Shown here in pieces: positions 49,760 to 61,918 of a stretch of DNA of 64,000 nt. The notes beneath the pieces are model-generated. The model was not told the origin of the DNA. It did not search any database and saw nothing but the letters and a program-made list of their open reading frames with translations. The stretch lies in assembly GCF_006345805.1 (NCBI RefSeq), contig NC_043010.1, forward strand, positions 34,100,001 to 34,164,000. Reading direction: 5' to 3'. Numbering within the stretch: the stretch's first letter is position 1; each line of letters begins with the position of its first letter. Source of the DNA: Octopus sinensis (taxonomy: Eukaryota). The position numbers and the translations under genes are program-made.

Positions 49760-50075
49760 ACTACATCTCCACTACTTTATACAGATACACCTCTACTTTA
49801 TATGAATTACATCTCCTCTATTCTATATCAATACATTTCTCAACTTTATATGAACACACCTCTTCCACTTTACATGTATTCAATTCCTCTGTATGTGAAT
49901 ACATTCCCTCTAATCTATACCAATAGAACTCTGCTTATATGAATACAACTCCTCTACTGTATATGAATATATCTCCTCTACTCTTTATCGACAGATTCTT
50001 TCTACTTTATATGAATAGAGCTTCTCTAATTTATATGAACAAATCTCCTCTACTTTATACGAGCACATCAACATA
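49760..50075. repeat. Degenerate minisatellite, unit ~24 bp (ATGAATACATCTCCTCTACTTTAT-like)
   Basis: About a dozen diverged units, with related orphan units near 48925-49075. Confidence 0.75.
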
Positions 50076-50694
50076 TCTAATAGTTTTTGCATTTTGAATG
50101 ATGCAGGATTAATGCATACGTATTAGTATATATCATAATGTGCATGCTTGTATGTATGTTGTGCATTGTGTATTTGTATATGCTGTAAGCTTGTTACAAT
50201 AACACAGCTAAGACCATGCTGGAGCATGTAGTTGGTTTTCAGTTGTTCAGTTAATTTACCTACAAACTCTATTTGTGCATAAGTGGCTGAGTATTTAGAA
50301 CATCTGTATTCTTAATGTAATCTTGAGGTAGAATGAACATGAAGGTGTGTATGACAAGAACTGGACCTTTGAATTACAGGTATAATCCACCCGATGGGCT
50401 TCTAAACTGTTTCTGCCCCCTCCAACCCCCAATTTCACACACAAAGGATGGGTCAATCTGAGGCAGTGGTAAAGGATGCTTCTCCAAGATTCTAAACAAT
50501 AGGATCAAACCCGGAACCTTGTGATTGCAAAATGAACACCTTAACCATTTGACCATGCTATGATGTAATACAACATACAATGTAAAAGACCTGTTAAGTT
50601 TAGGAGAGCTGGGGGGGGGGGCGGTACTTTGCTCTGGTTTCATTGTGTGAAGCAGTGGAGCAGATGAGAGACAAATTTTTCATCTCTATAGGAC

Positions 50695-50950
50695 AGTTTG
50701 GAGGTGTATGGCTTATGGTTAAGGTGTTGGACTCATGATCATAAGATTATGGTTTTGATTCCTTGACTGGCGGACATGTGTTCTTGAGCAAAACACTTCA
50801 TTTAATGTTGCTCCAGTCCACTCAGCTGGCAAAAATGAGTAACCCTGTGATGGACCTGTATCCCATCCAGGGGTGAATATATTCACCATGGACACTGGGA
50901 AACTGGCCCTATGAGTCTATACGACTTGGGAAGGATCTTCATCCTTTATC
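50695..50950 (+). mobile_element. CORE-type SINE
   Basis: TGTTCTTGAGCAAAACACTTC..GCTCCAGTCCACTCAGCTGGCAAAAATGAGTA. Confidence 0.8.
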
Positions 50951-51654
50951 TTTTTATAGGACAGCAGTTCATAGCAGGTAACATTCCTGTATAATCTCAC
51001 TACCTCCCCACTTACAGCTGGGTGGACTGATGCAATATAGAATAAAGTGCCCAGACACCCTAACAAAATGTCTGCAACAGATCAGAACTTGCAAGCTATG
51101 TGCAAGTAGTCTAATAATACCTTAACCATTTGACCATCTAGCTTCCACTGTGTGTCTGTATACAGGCACGTGTGTATACTCACATATATGTCTATATCAT
51201 TAGTTATTGTAAAATAGACAAGACTTTGTAGAAGTAGAGTACTCAAAAGAATAAGGCATTGAACTGTCTGAACAGAAATTACAATTTCAAATTCACTGCT
51301 AGTCTTTTGGTGTTTCTGAGCAGAACATTTTTACTCCACACCATTGCAAGCTGCCAACAATAAATACAAGGATTATATAGAAATGTTATCGGCAATAGAC
51401 TGGATCGCCATCCAGGCAGAATTTTTTATCTCATTTGCTTCATGTCCTAAGACCTGCTGTGATAGGTCTTAGGAGACACCCCCGCCACCCACATATACTC
51501 AAGGCTTTAGAGCTATTTACATAGTGTGAAATTTTCTTACACTGCTAACCTCACAACCTCACATTTAACTTTTATTTATCTAGATACATGGGACCATAGC
51601 TAAGGGGGAATAACTGAACTGAAAACTTCAGATTTCATCATTGGCTTTACATAC

Positions 51655-51691
51655 GGTTTATCGGAGTTGTGCTGGTATGGGTTGGACACAT
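51655..51691 (-). CDS. 37-nt micro-exon candidate (phase 1-2), peptide (D)VSNPYQHNSDK(P)
   Basis: Minus-strand acceptor TGCAGTATTTCAG (weak pyrimidine tract) and donor CC|GTATGT. The exit phase matches the only open frame of exon 45890-46000. Confidence 0.3.
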
Positions 51692-52039
51692 CTGAAATAC
51701 TGCATCCTTCGACATGTCTTGATTGTGAGGACTGCATTTCATGAGGCCTATGTATATATTTAGAAATAGGACACCTAAAGGCAAATGCAGATTATACCAT
51801 GTAAATCATAATTCATAAAGAAACATAAAAGGCTCAAAGTGTGAAAAACCCAATGCTACAGACGACTCATTAGTAGTGATTTCTTAATTTTTATATTGGC
51901 ACAAGGTCAAGCATTTTGAGGGAGAAATGTCTAGTTAATTCAACTAACAGCTAACTAATATTTCATTGAACTTGGATGGGGGTGAACGACAAAATCTGAC
52001 TGTGGTAGGATTTGTTCATTAAAATATTAAAATTAAAGG

Positions 52040-52222
52040 CACGTAAAAAGCACCCACTACACTCACGGAGTGGTTGGCATTAAGAAGGGCATCCAGCTGT
52101 AGAAACACTGCCAGATCAGACTGGAGCCTGGTGCAGCCTCCTGGCTTCCCAGACCCTAGTCGAACCGTCCAACCCATGCTAGCATGGAAAACAGACGTTA
52201 AACAACGATGATGATGATGATG
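52040..52222 (+). mobile_element. RTE-tailed SINE-like element, 5'-truncated
   Basis: Same body and (GAT)n tail as the other copies. Confidence 0.9.
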
Positions 52223-53202
52223 ACCACAAGGGTGTTTTGACTACCATTGTATCAATTCTATTTTCCTAATCCTTTTGTGGTAATATTACTAAAGAAATAC
52301 ACTATCTTAGTGTTTTGATTAATTTTGAAAATAATTAGGAATTTGAAGAGGTTTAGTAAAATAACTTTTTGTTATTAAGTTGGTGTTTTTTTAACGTGTC
52401 TGTTTTGGCTCTTGATGTTCAAAGATCAAATCTTGTTGAAATCAACTTTGCCTTTCATACTTCTTGGGTTGATAAAATAAAGTACAAGTTAAGTACTGGG
52501 ATTTCTGTAATTAACAGTTCCTTTCCCCAAAATTTGAGACCTTGTATCTGAATAAGAAATCATTAGTGTTTGGAATATAACTTAAAATATTTCTAATGTA
52601 AAATTACCAAAGTTCTTAATTTAAATTTGAATCCTTTTAAAAATAAGAGAACCAGGGGCATTCTTAGGTGGGGAGGAGATTTTAGAACATGGTTAATTAA
52701 GACCAATATGTTCCAAAGGGTAACAAGCTAGCAGTTATAGTGTACAATTCTAAAGGCTTTGCAGTGCTTAGTCTCATTTTAAGATCAACCAAACCTTAGC
52801 ATATTTTTTACATCCTTCCAGGCTCAATAAAAGAGAGTACTTGCAATATACTTTGGGGTTGAATTAATTGTTCCTTTCATACTTTAGAATGCTGACTTCA
52901 TACCTAAACGAATGAAAGCAACTTGTTTTGTATCTCAATCTGATTTTCTCTCTGTGTGTCTCTTTTGCTCACTCTCAACCTACAGCTAATAGTGTCAGAG
53001 CAAAAATGTAGCACAAGATTTAATGACTAGCAGTATTTAATCTCCTGTCTCTATATTCAGAGTTCAAAATCCCACCAAGATTGACTATCTCTTTTCTCCC
53101 TTGGTAATAGCAATATATAACTGGGTGGTTCATCTGTTCATCCCTTGCCAAAGTTAGCCTCATGCCCAATCAGTAAAAAAAAAAAATCAATGCACCAACT
53201 AC

Positions 53203-53253
53203 CAAGTATGTCATATTGGCAGATCAAATTCATAGAATAAATGAGATTCACAC
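53203..53253 (-). CDS. 51-nt exon candidate (phase 1-1), peptide (G)VNLIYSMNLICQYDIL(D)
   Basis: Very strong minus-strand acceptor: long T/C tract, CTCTAAC branch-like motif, then TTTCTTTTTAG. Only one frame is open. The donor TTG|GTAGTT is weak. Phase is compatible with 51655-51691. Confidence 0.3.
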
Positions 53254-54175
53254 CTAAAAAGAAATGGGGTTAGAGATGAAGAAAGAAAAAAGAAAAAAAA
53301 AACTGCTGTTGTTGATAATCATCATTGTCATCATCATCATTGTTTATGCCACCAACAAACCTCTACAGTCACTCAACCTAACGAAAATAGCAATCAAATC
53401 TTCATTAAATCACATCTTACTGTTTTTCAAAAAGTAATGAGACAGGAGATGTAGTCCTAGATACTTTATGACTAAATAGAAAGATGTGATGCTCACAGTT
53501 AGAAAACCATTGATCACAGATTGGCATGCTGGATCAACAACGTCTAATACACATTTATACACAAACCAACAGTACACATATACAAGCCAACAAGAGAATT
53601 TCTATGCAGTCACTTGACCTTTTAGAAACAGCAGTGAAAACCCACTCAAATATCACCTTTGACTTACTATGAAGGACACATTGAAATTTGCAGCCTTAGG
53701 TATATTATGCAAAAAAAAAAAAGTATAGTCACAGCAAGAATACTTTTGATCATACTTTTTACCCATTTCCAGACTGACCTGGAGTTAAACAAAAGTAACA
53801 ACACCAATAACCATGACTACCAACAGATTTTTTTATTATTTTTTCTCAGGTTTCTTTGTATAATAATCAATACATTTGTGGCTGTTGCCATTGACTTCGT
53901 CATCATTATCATTATTTCTTTAAGCAGGAGTACAGAGTGATAGAGATTGCAATATAAGTAACTACCTATGCATTGTAGCCCAATATTTCACCATCTATAA
54001 GGTCCAATATCTTTAAATCCAATCTAAGTACTACTTAAGCTTTCTTGGGTTCTACAAATGCAATTACCATCTCTTCATCAACCAACCCAAGACACTTTAT
54101 TTTCTGTTACCAGCAACTATCATCTTTTACAATACATGAGTTGTTAACATGATTAAAAAAAAAAATTAAGGGCTA

Positions 54176-54942
54176 TTAACTCTTTAGCATTTAAAGCAGC
54201 CATATCAAGCAAAAATATTCTGCCCGCTTTACATTCAAGTTGGACAGATCTGGCCGCTCACTCCTATCCTACAATCATATTCTCAAAATAAACAGTCATA
54301 TCACAATCTTGTAGTTACAAGACAATTCATGATTAATTCAAAACTTGGTGAATAAATAAGCAGTACATTTGACAGAATAATCTGAATGCTGAAGGGTTAA
54401 CCTCATCTTTTAGGAAACTGAAGATCAAATCAATCAAAAGATGTAGAGATCTAAATATTTAACCGTTCTGTTACCATATTTCTGTTGAAAGATGCTGTCT
54501 TTGATTCAATTAATTTCGAAAATAACTTTAACCCTTAAGCATTCAGACTTCTCTGTCAAATGTAATGCTTACTGATTCACATTGTTTTAATTTAATCATG
54601 CATTATCTCATAGCTTCAAGGTTATGATGTGGTTGTTTGTTTTTAGAATGACATTGTAGGGTAGGTCCAAGGAGCCAGATCTGGCTGGCTTAAATCCTAA
54701 ACGGCTAACAATATTAAGCTGTATTTAAACTGATCATATCTGGACCATGTATTCTATGTATTTTGTGTTCAAATTGGCCAGATCCAGCCTTCTCACACCT
54801 ACCTTGCAATGAATGTCATTCTAAAAATATACAATCATGTCATTGAAATTTCATAGCTATGAGCTATTGCATGGAATAATTAAAAACAATGCGAATAAAT
54901 AAGCTTTACATTTGACATGAATCAGAATGCCAAAAGGTTTAA
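54176..54942. mobile_element. Three TTAA-MITE copies in alternating orientation (-, +, -)
   Basis: Copies at 54176-54400, about 54528-54707 and about 54720-54942. Confidence 0.8.
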
Positions 54943-54944
54943 AA

Positions 54945-55210
54945 CAGTGGTTCTCAGCCAGGGTCCATGCAACAAAATAGTAAATTGTGGATTCACAATA
55001 GTATTTTAAGGGCCCCTGAAAAAATTTTGCTTTAAATATATGTATTGTTATGTATTGCAAGAAACAGTTAGGTTTACATAGTTTAACCTACATAAGTTAA
55101 TGTGTGAAAAACAAAATAGGAATTTCGGAAGAAATATCAATAAAACTAGTTTTTAAACATTGAATGGTTATGGGGATCCATAGACAAAAAAAAATGCTTG
55201 AGAATCCCTC
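54945..55210. mobile_element. hAT (Charlie-like) MITE with an 8-bp TSD
   Basis: Ends are CAGTGGTTCTCAGCC and GCTTGAGAATCCCTC; GTTTAAAA is duplicated at 54937-54944 and 55211-55218. Confidence 0.85.
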
Positions 55211-55645
55211 GTTTAAAACAAGGAATTTGTTACCAATGAATCAGGTGCAGAGAATCTCAGTGGGTTGATAACAAAAGGGCTTAAATATTTTTCTTTATCA
55301 AAATGGGATCAATATTTTAATTGCAAAATTTAAGTTTTACAGATTAAGTTTATTTTCAAATTTATACATTCATTACTTTTAAGCAACAAAACAATATTTG
55401 GAAAAAATAGCTTATTTTAATATTCAGTAAATAAAATTACTTTCACCAAATAAGACAAGTCAGCTCGTTAGGAATTCAATCACGAAAGTATTTTTGAAGT
55501 AAAATTACTAGAAAGTCATTAACTTGTGGTAATTGTCTGGCAAAATTTCTGTCATTTTTGTTTTTCGAGTGGGGAACAGAGAAAACTCAAATTGCTTGCA
55601 ATGAAAATATATATATATATACATACATACATATATACATATATA

Positions 55646-55659
<14 letters not shown>

Positions 55660-55708
<49 letters not shown>

Positions 55709-57010
55709 AACGATGATGATGATATATACACATACATATAATATATACACATACATATATATATATACACATACATATATATACACACATACATATATAT
55801 ATATATATATACATATATTTACATACATACATATACATATACATACATACATACATATTTCTTTTTCCTAGGAAAAATAATTTGATTAGAGACCATGCAT
55901 TGAAAACTAAGACAGTTGGATAATGTTAGAGTAATAGTCACCATTTTAATTGAAGGTGTGACACATTGTTAGATTTTCAATATCTCAAAAGTATAGTGAA
56001 TGAAGTCAAAGCATGTAACTTAGAGATTGTTAGGTCACGAGTTCAATTCTTGGACTAGGTGGCATGTTCTGTCATTAAATAAGGCATTACATTTCATGTT
56101 GCTCCCAGTCATTCAACTGAAAACAACAGCAGCAGCTGGGCAGAGAGCGGGAAAAGGAACTAACACTGCAATGGATTGGACTGGTGCCTCGTTCGGGAGG
56201 GAGTCTTGTACATTCATTTACATAAATAGCTTGAAAATACAGATAAGCTCTGATGTCATGAGCCTGTTGGTCTGAGACAAATTTTTAGAACTTCTTTTCA
56301 TGGCATATTAAGCATCAATACCATTCATTATATAACTATGATTTGCTCATTAAGATGAGAGAGAGAGAGAGAGAAAGAGAGAGGAGACTATGTATTGCGT
56401 AGTGAAGCAGAATGAAGTTAAAATAAAGTGCGTCCAACAGCCCAGCAGTACACAAGAATTAACCAAAAACTGATTTAACACATGCAGTGGAATGGATGAT
56501 GAAACACGTACATATTTAACAAAATTACTTGAGAGATAAATTAATAAAATTTGATACAATATCCAGCATGGTTGCATCCAATCAGACAGAACAGCATGAT
56601 TACAACTAATAGTATAAAGAAGTAAAAGCTAGAAGAAAAAAGAAAACAAAAAATGACCTGCGTCTGTGTTTTAAATGGTTGATATAATAACCAGCACTGC
56701 GTCAGTTATGATGATGAGGGTTCCAGTTGATCTGATCAATGGAACAGCCTGCTCATGAAATTAGCGTGTAAGTGACTGAGCATTCCACACACATACTCTT
56801 TACTCTTTTACTTGTTTCAGTCATTTGACTGTGGCCATGCTGGAGCACCACCTTTAGTCGAGCAAATTAACCCCAGGACTTATTCTATCTGTCTCTTTTG
56901 CTGAACCGCTAAGTTACAGGGATGTAAACACACCAGCATTGGTTGTCAAGCGATGTTGGGAGGACAAACACAGACACACAAACACATATATATACATATA
57001 CATATATATA

Positions 57011-57043
<33 letters not shown>

Positions 57044-58341
57044 CATACATATATATATATACATACATATAAACGATGATGATGATATATACACATACAT
57101 ATATATATATACACATACATATATATACACACATACATATATATATATATATACATATATTTACATACATACATATACATATACATACATACATACATAT
57201 TTCTTTTTCCTAGGAAAAATAATTTGATTAGAGACCATGCATTGAAAACTAAGACAGTTGGATAATGTTAGAGTAATAGTCACCATTTTAATTGAAGGTG
57301 TGACACATTGTTAGATTTTCAATATCTCAAAAGTATAGTGAATGAAGTCAAAGCATGTAACTTAGAGATTGTTAGGTCACGAGTTCAATTCTTGGACTAG
57401 GTGGCATGTTCTGTCATTAAATAAGGCATTACATTTCATGTTGCTCCAGTCATTCAACTGAAAACAACAGCAGCAGCTGGGCAGAGAGCGGGAAAAGGAA
57501 CTAACACTGCAATGGATTGGACTGGTGCCTCGTTCGGGAGGGAGTCTTGTACATTCATTTACATAAATAGCTTGAAAATACAGATAAGCTCTGATGTCAT
57601 GAGCCTGTTGGTCTGAGACAAATTTTTAGAACTTCTTTTCATGGCATATTAAGCATCAATACCATTCATTATATAACTATGATTTGCTCATTAAGATGAG
57701 AGAGAGAGAGAGAGAAAGAGAGAGGAGACTATGTATTGCGTAGTGAAGCAGAATGAAGTTAAAATAAAGTGCGTCCAACAGCCCAGCAGTACACAAGAAT
57801 TAACCAAAAACTGATTTAACACATGCAGTGGAATGGATGATGAAACACGTACATATTTAACAAAATTACTTGAGAGATAAATTAATAAAATTTGATACAA
57901 TATCCAGCATGGTTGCATCCAATCAGACAGAACAGCATGATTACAACTAATAGTATAAAGAAGTAAAAGCTAGAAGAAAAAAGAAAACAAAAAATGACCT
58001 GCGTCTGTGTTTTAAATGGTTGATATAATAACCAGCACTGCGTCAGTTATGATGATGAGGGTTCCAGTTGATCTGATCAATGGAACAGCCTGCTCATGAA
58101 ATTAGCGTGTAAGTGACTGAGCATTCCACACACATACTCTTTACTCTTTTACTTGTTTCAGTCATTTGACTGTGGCCATGCTGGAGCACCACCTTTAGTC
58201 GAGCAAATTAACCCCAGGACTTATTCTATCTGTCTCTTTTGCTGAACCGCTAAGTTACAGGGATGTAAACACACCAGCATTGGTTGTCAAGCGATGTTGG
58301 GAGGACAAACACAGACACACAAACACATATATATACATATA
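55660..58341 (+). repeat. Tandem direct duplication of ~1.34 kb (about 55660-57000 and 57001-58341)
   Basis: The offset is 1342 bp at 55861/57203 and 1341 bp at 56941/58282. Outside the microsatellite the only difference seen is GCTCCCAG versus GCTCCAG. Confidence 0.95.
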
Positions 58342-58495
58342 TACGACAGGCTTCTTTCAGTTTCTGTCTACCAAATCCACTCACAAGGCTTTGGTTGGCC
58401 CGAGGCTATAGTAGAAGACACTTGCCCAAGGTGCCACGTAGTGGGACTGAACCATGTGGTTGGTAAGCAAGCTACTTACCACACAGCCATTCCTA
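58140..58495 (-). mobile_element. SINE family A; its 3' half is duplicated at about 56800-57000
   Basis: Full length here; the duplicate copy is truncated at the internal TA/CA repeat. Confidence 0.9.
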
Positions 58496-58499
58496 TGCT

Positions 58500-58715
58500 C
58501 ATGTGTATCTTTAATGTCAGGGAGGTTTGGCATGGCACAGAATGTGATAAGGCTGGCCCTTTGAAATACAGGTACTGCTCATTTTTGCCAGCTGAGTGGA
58601 CTGGAGCAACGTGAAATAAAGTGTCTTGCTCAAGGACACAATGCATTGCCGGGAATTGAATTCATGACCTTACAATCGTGAGCCAAATACCCTAACCACT
58701 AAGCCATGTGTCTTT
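58500..58715 (-). mobile_element. CORE-type SINE
   Basis: CTCATTTTTGCCAGCTGAGTGGACTGGAGCAAC..CTTGCTCAAGGACAC followed by a reversed tRNA-like head. Confidence 0.8.
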
Positions 58716-58959
58716 GGTAAATATTACTGTATTACAATATGAACTAGTAAATATTTCTGCTAACCAGTTAATTGATCATTAAATATAAGTTTGATTAAAG
58801 AAAACGTTTTTTTTCTTTCTTACTAATAGCTAGCATCTCTATATTCACATATTGTCTAGAAATAAGATACATGTTTAGATTTACACAAAAAAATTCACAG
58901 CATTAAGAATAAAATCATTAAAAAAAACTGTTTTAAACCTATCTGGTGTGTACAATGCA

Positions 58960-59430
58960 GAAGATGGAAACTGAAAGAAGCCTATTGTATGTATGTTATT
59001 ATAGATACCTATGTATGTGTGTGTTTGTGTCAGTGATTGTCCTCCATCACTACTTGACAACCAATGTTATAGTGTGTTCATGTCCTTGTAACTTAACATT
59101 TCAGCAAAAGAGATTGATAAAATAAGTACAGTAATTCCTTGCCATATTGCAGTTTATTATTTAAGCTTATGACGATTCCTCTGTGGTGTTGTTTTGCATT
59201 TATAATATAATAAATATATACAAATTATGAAAATAATAATAAAAAAAATACAGTGCAGTACTGTTTCTATTCAGTGGATTTTCACCTATTGCGACGTGTT
59301 TTGGAACATAACACCTATGATAGTTGAGAGATAACTGTACTGGAGTTGATTTGTTTGAGTAAAAAAATTCTTCAAGGCAGTGCCCCAGCATGGCCATAGT
59401 CTAATGACTGAAACAAGTAAAAGATAAGAC
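58960..59430 (+). mobile_element. SINE family A fragment interrupted by a Tigger-like MITE
   Basis: The SINE sequence stops at ATAAGTA (59128) and resumes after 59339. Confidence 0.75.
59129..59337. mobile_element. Tc1/mariner (Tigger/pogo-like) MITE with a TA TSD
   Basis: TA|CAGTAATTCCTTGC...TTGAGAGATAACTG|TA, inserted inside a family A SINE. Confidence 0.75.
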
Positions 59431-59624
59431 AAAGAAACGCACACACAGAAAACATGGGGTGACAGATTTGTCTAGTCATCTTGTTATAATATTAATACAT
59501 ATTTGTTTTGTTTTTTTAATGGGATATATGGGAAGAAGTAGTAAGATCACATCTCAAGAAGTTGTGCCTTTGCAAATGAGATGGTAATGAAAAACAAAGA
59601 TGAAAGGCAATATGATGTGTGTAG

Positions 59625-59855
59625 TATAAGGCAGCAAGCTGGCAGAATCATTAACACGTTGGGCAAAATGCTTAGAAGCATTTGGTCTGTCTTCACATAC
59701 TGGGTTCAAATTCTGCTGAGGTCAACTTTGCCTTTCATCCTTTTGGGGTTGATAAAATATGTACAATTCGACACTGGGAGAGTTTTGATATAATTGATTT
59801 AGACCCCCCCCCCATATACACTCAGACTGCTGACCTTGTGCCAAAATTTGAAATC
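59625..59855 (+). mobile_element. SINE family B
   Basis: Family B head, core and tail. Confidence 0.85.
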
Positions 59856-60229
59856 AATATGACGTATAGTAGATATGTCCAACCTGTTAGCATGGCAGGA
59901 CAGATATTAAAATGATGATGACGATGAGGGTGACTACCTACACAAGTGTGTAAGCCTGTTTATACACACACACACACACACTTGAATGGAATTTAGATAA
60001 ATGACATAATAACACCAGTGGTTTCTCGAATAAGTAGTTAACAAGACAGAGTGTCATTTGTGTTCCTAGTTGAAAACTGCTAATTAGTCGACATGAAACC
60101 ATTGGTATTAGACCATCAATTTGTATTTCATTAAAGAACTAATTCCCACCTTTCTGGTGTACAAGTTCTTTCAGGTTGTTATTAAAGTAAAGTGTATGTG
60201 CATGCACACAAAAACACACACACATGGTC

Positions 60230-60775
60230 AGGGTGTAGACATAGTTGTAAGGTTAAGAAGTTCACTTCCCAACAATGTAATTTCAGGTTCAATCCTGCTG
60301 CACACTACCTTGGCCAATTCAGGCAACTCTCTTCTACTATTGCCCAATGTTGACCAAAACCTAGTGAGTGGATTTAGTAGGATGAAACCAAAAAGAAGTT
60401 TGTTGTATATATGCACACACACACACACATATATGTGTGTGTGTGTGTTTGTTTGAGTGCATGTAAGTGTGCATATGTGTGTATTTACGATTCCATGTCT
60501 TGTCATTGCACAATTATTGTTAATAAACATCACTGTTATAAAAGTGGTGCCATGTCATTCATTTGCGATCTTCGTTCAAAACATGCTTGATCACATTTCT
60601 GTTTATTTTCAGAAGACTATAGGCAATATTACCTTACTTAGAAACATGTGAAGTTTGGTGACAGAAGGGGCATCAAGCTTAAAAGAAAAAAAATCTGCTT
60701 CAGCAAATTTTGAGTGAGCTATGCAAATATGGAAAAGTGGATGTTAAAATTATGAACGATGATGATGATGATGAT
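60230..60775 (+). mobile_element. Composite SINE (family A head, RTE-like tail)
   Basis: Same layout as 8135-8530, diverged. Confidence 0.75.
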
Positions 60776-61547
60776 ATATAATATTCAGTTGCAATGTGCC
60801 ATAGTGTCTTTAAGTCTAAATCAAAAAGCAATAGTGACAACTTGTACATAATCTGAAGAGCCAGACATAGATGTATGGTTGAGAATTTTGCTTCACAGCT
60901 ACATAATGCCTTGGACAAGTGTCTCTTACTATAACCTTGAATTGACCAATGGCTTGTGAGTAGAATTTTGGTAGCTGGAAACTGTGCAGAACCCCCACCC
61001 TCTGTCTAATATATATATATAATATTAATATCATCATCATCATCGTTCAGTATCTATTTTCCATGCTGGCATTGGTTAGACAGTTTGGTAATATATATAA
61101 ATATATATTAATGTTTTTTTTTTCTATGTTCAGTTATAATAAAAACAATTTTACATCAATCTGAAGGGTTACTCTATACTCTTGTAGGGCTTGTAGGGCA
61201 CAAATTTATTATTCTCTAACAAGAAAATTATTGACAGATTTCAAGCTTTTAGCCAGCTAAGCTGTCTGAAACTTCAAGTCACTTTCAATGATATCCTTGT
61301 TTAGGAATAATATATAGGATGTTGCACTCATGATTGTAAGATTATGGTTTCAATTCCCAGACTGGGTAGTACGTTGTGTTCTTGAGCAAAACATTTCATT
61401 TTACATTGTTCCAGTTCACTTCTCCAATGTAAATGAGCAACTCTGCAACAGACTGATGTTTCATTCATGAAGAAAGTGCGTGTGATCTCAGCCGCTTATA
61501 TGCCATGGAAACTAGGTAACTGGCCCTATGAATCTTAGGACCGAAGG

Positions 61548-61918
61548 TAGTAATTACGGCTTGCTTACCAACCACATAGTTCCAGGTTCAGTCCCACTGC
61601 ATGGTACTTTGGGCAAGTGGCTTCTACTATAGCCTAGGGCCGACTAAAGCCTTGTGAGTGGATTTAGTAGATGGAAACTGAAAGAAGCCCATTGTATATA
61701 TATATATATTTGTGTGTGTGTTTGTCCCCCCCGACCATCGCTTGACAACTGATGTTGATGTGTTTACGTCCCTGTAACTTAGTGGTTTGGCAAAAGAGTC
61801 TGATAGAATAAGTACAGGCTTACAAAGAATAAGTCCTGGGGTCAATTAGTTCGATTAAAGGTGATGCTCCAGCATGGCTGCACTCAAATGACTGAAACAA
61901 GTAAAAGAATAAAAGAAT
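61548..61918 (+). mobile_element. SINE family A
   Basis: Full family A layout. Confidence 0.9.
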
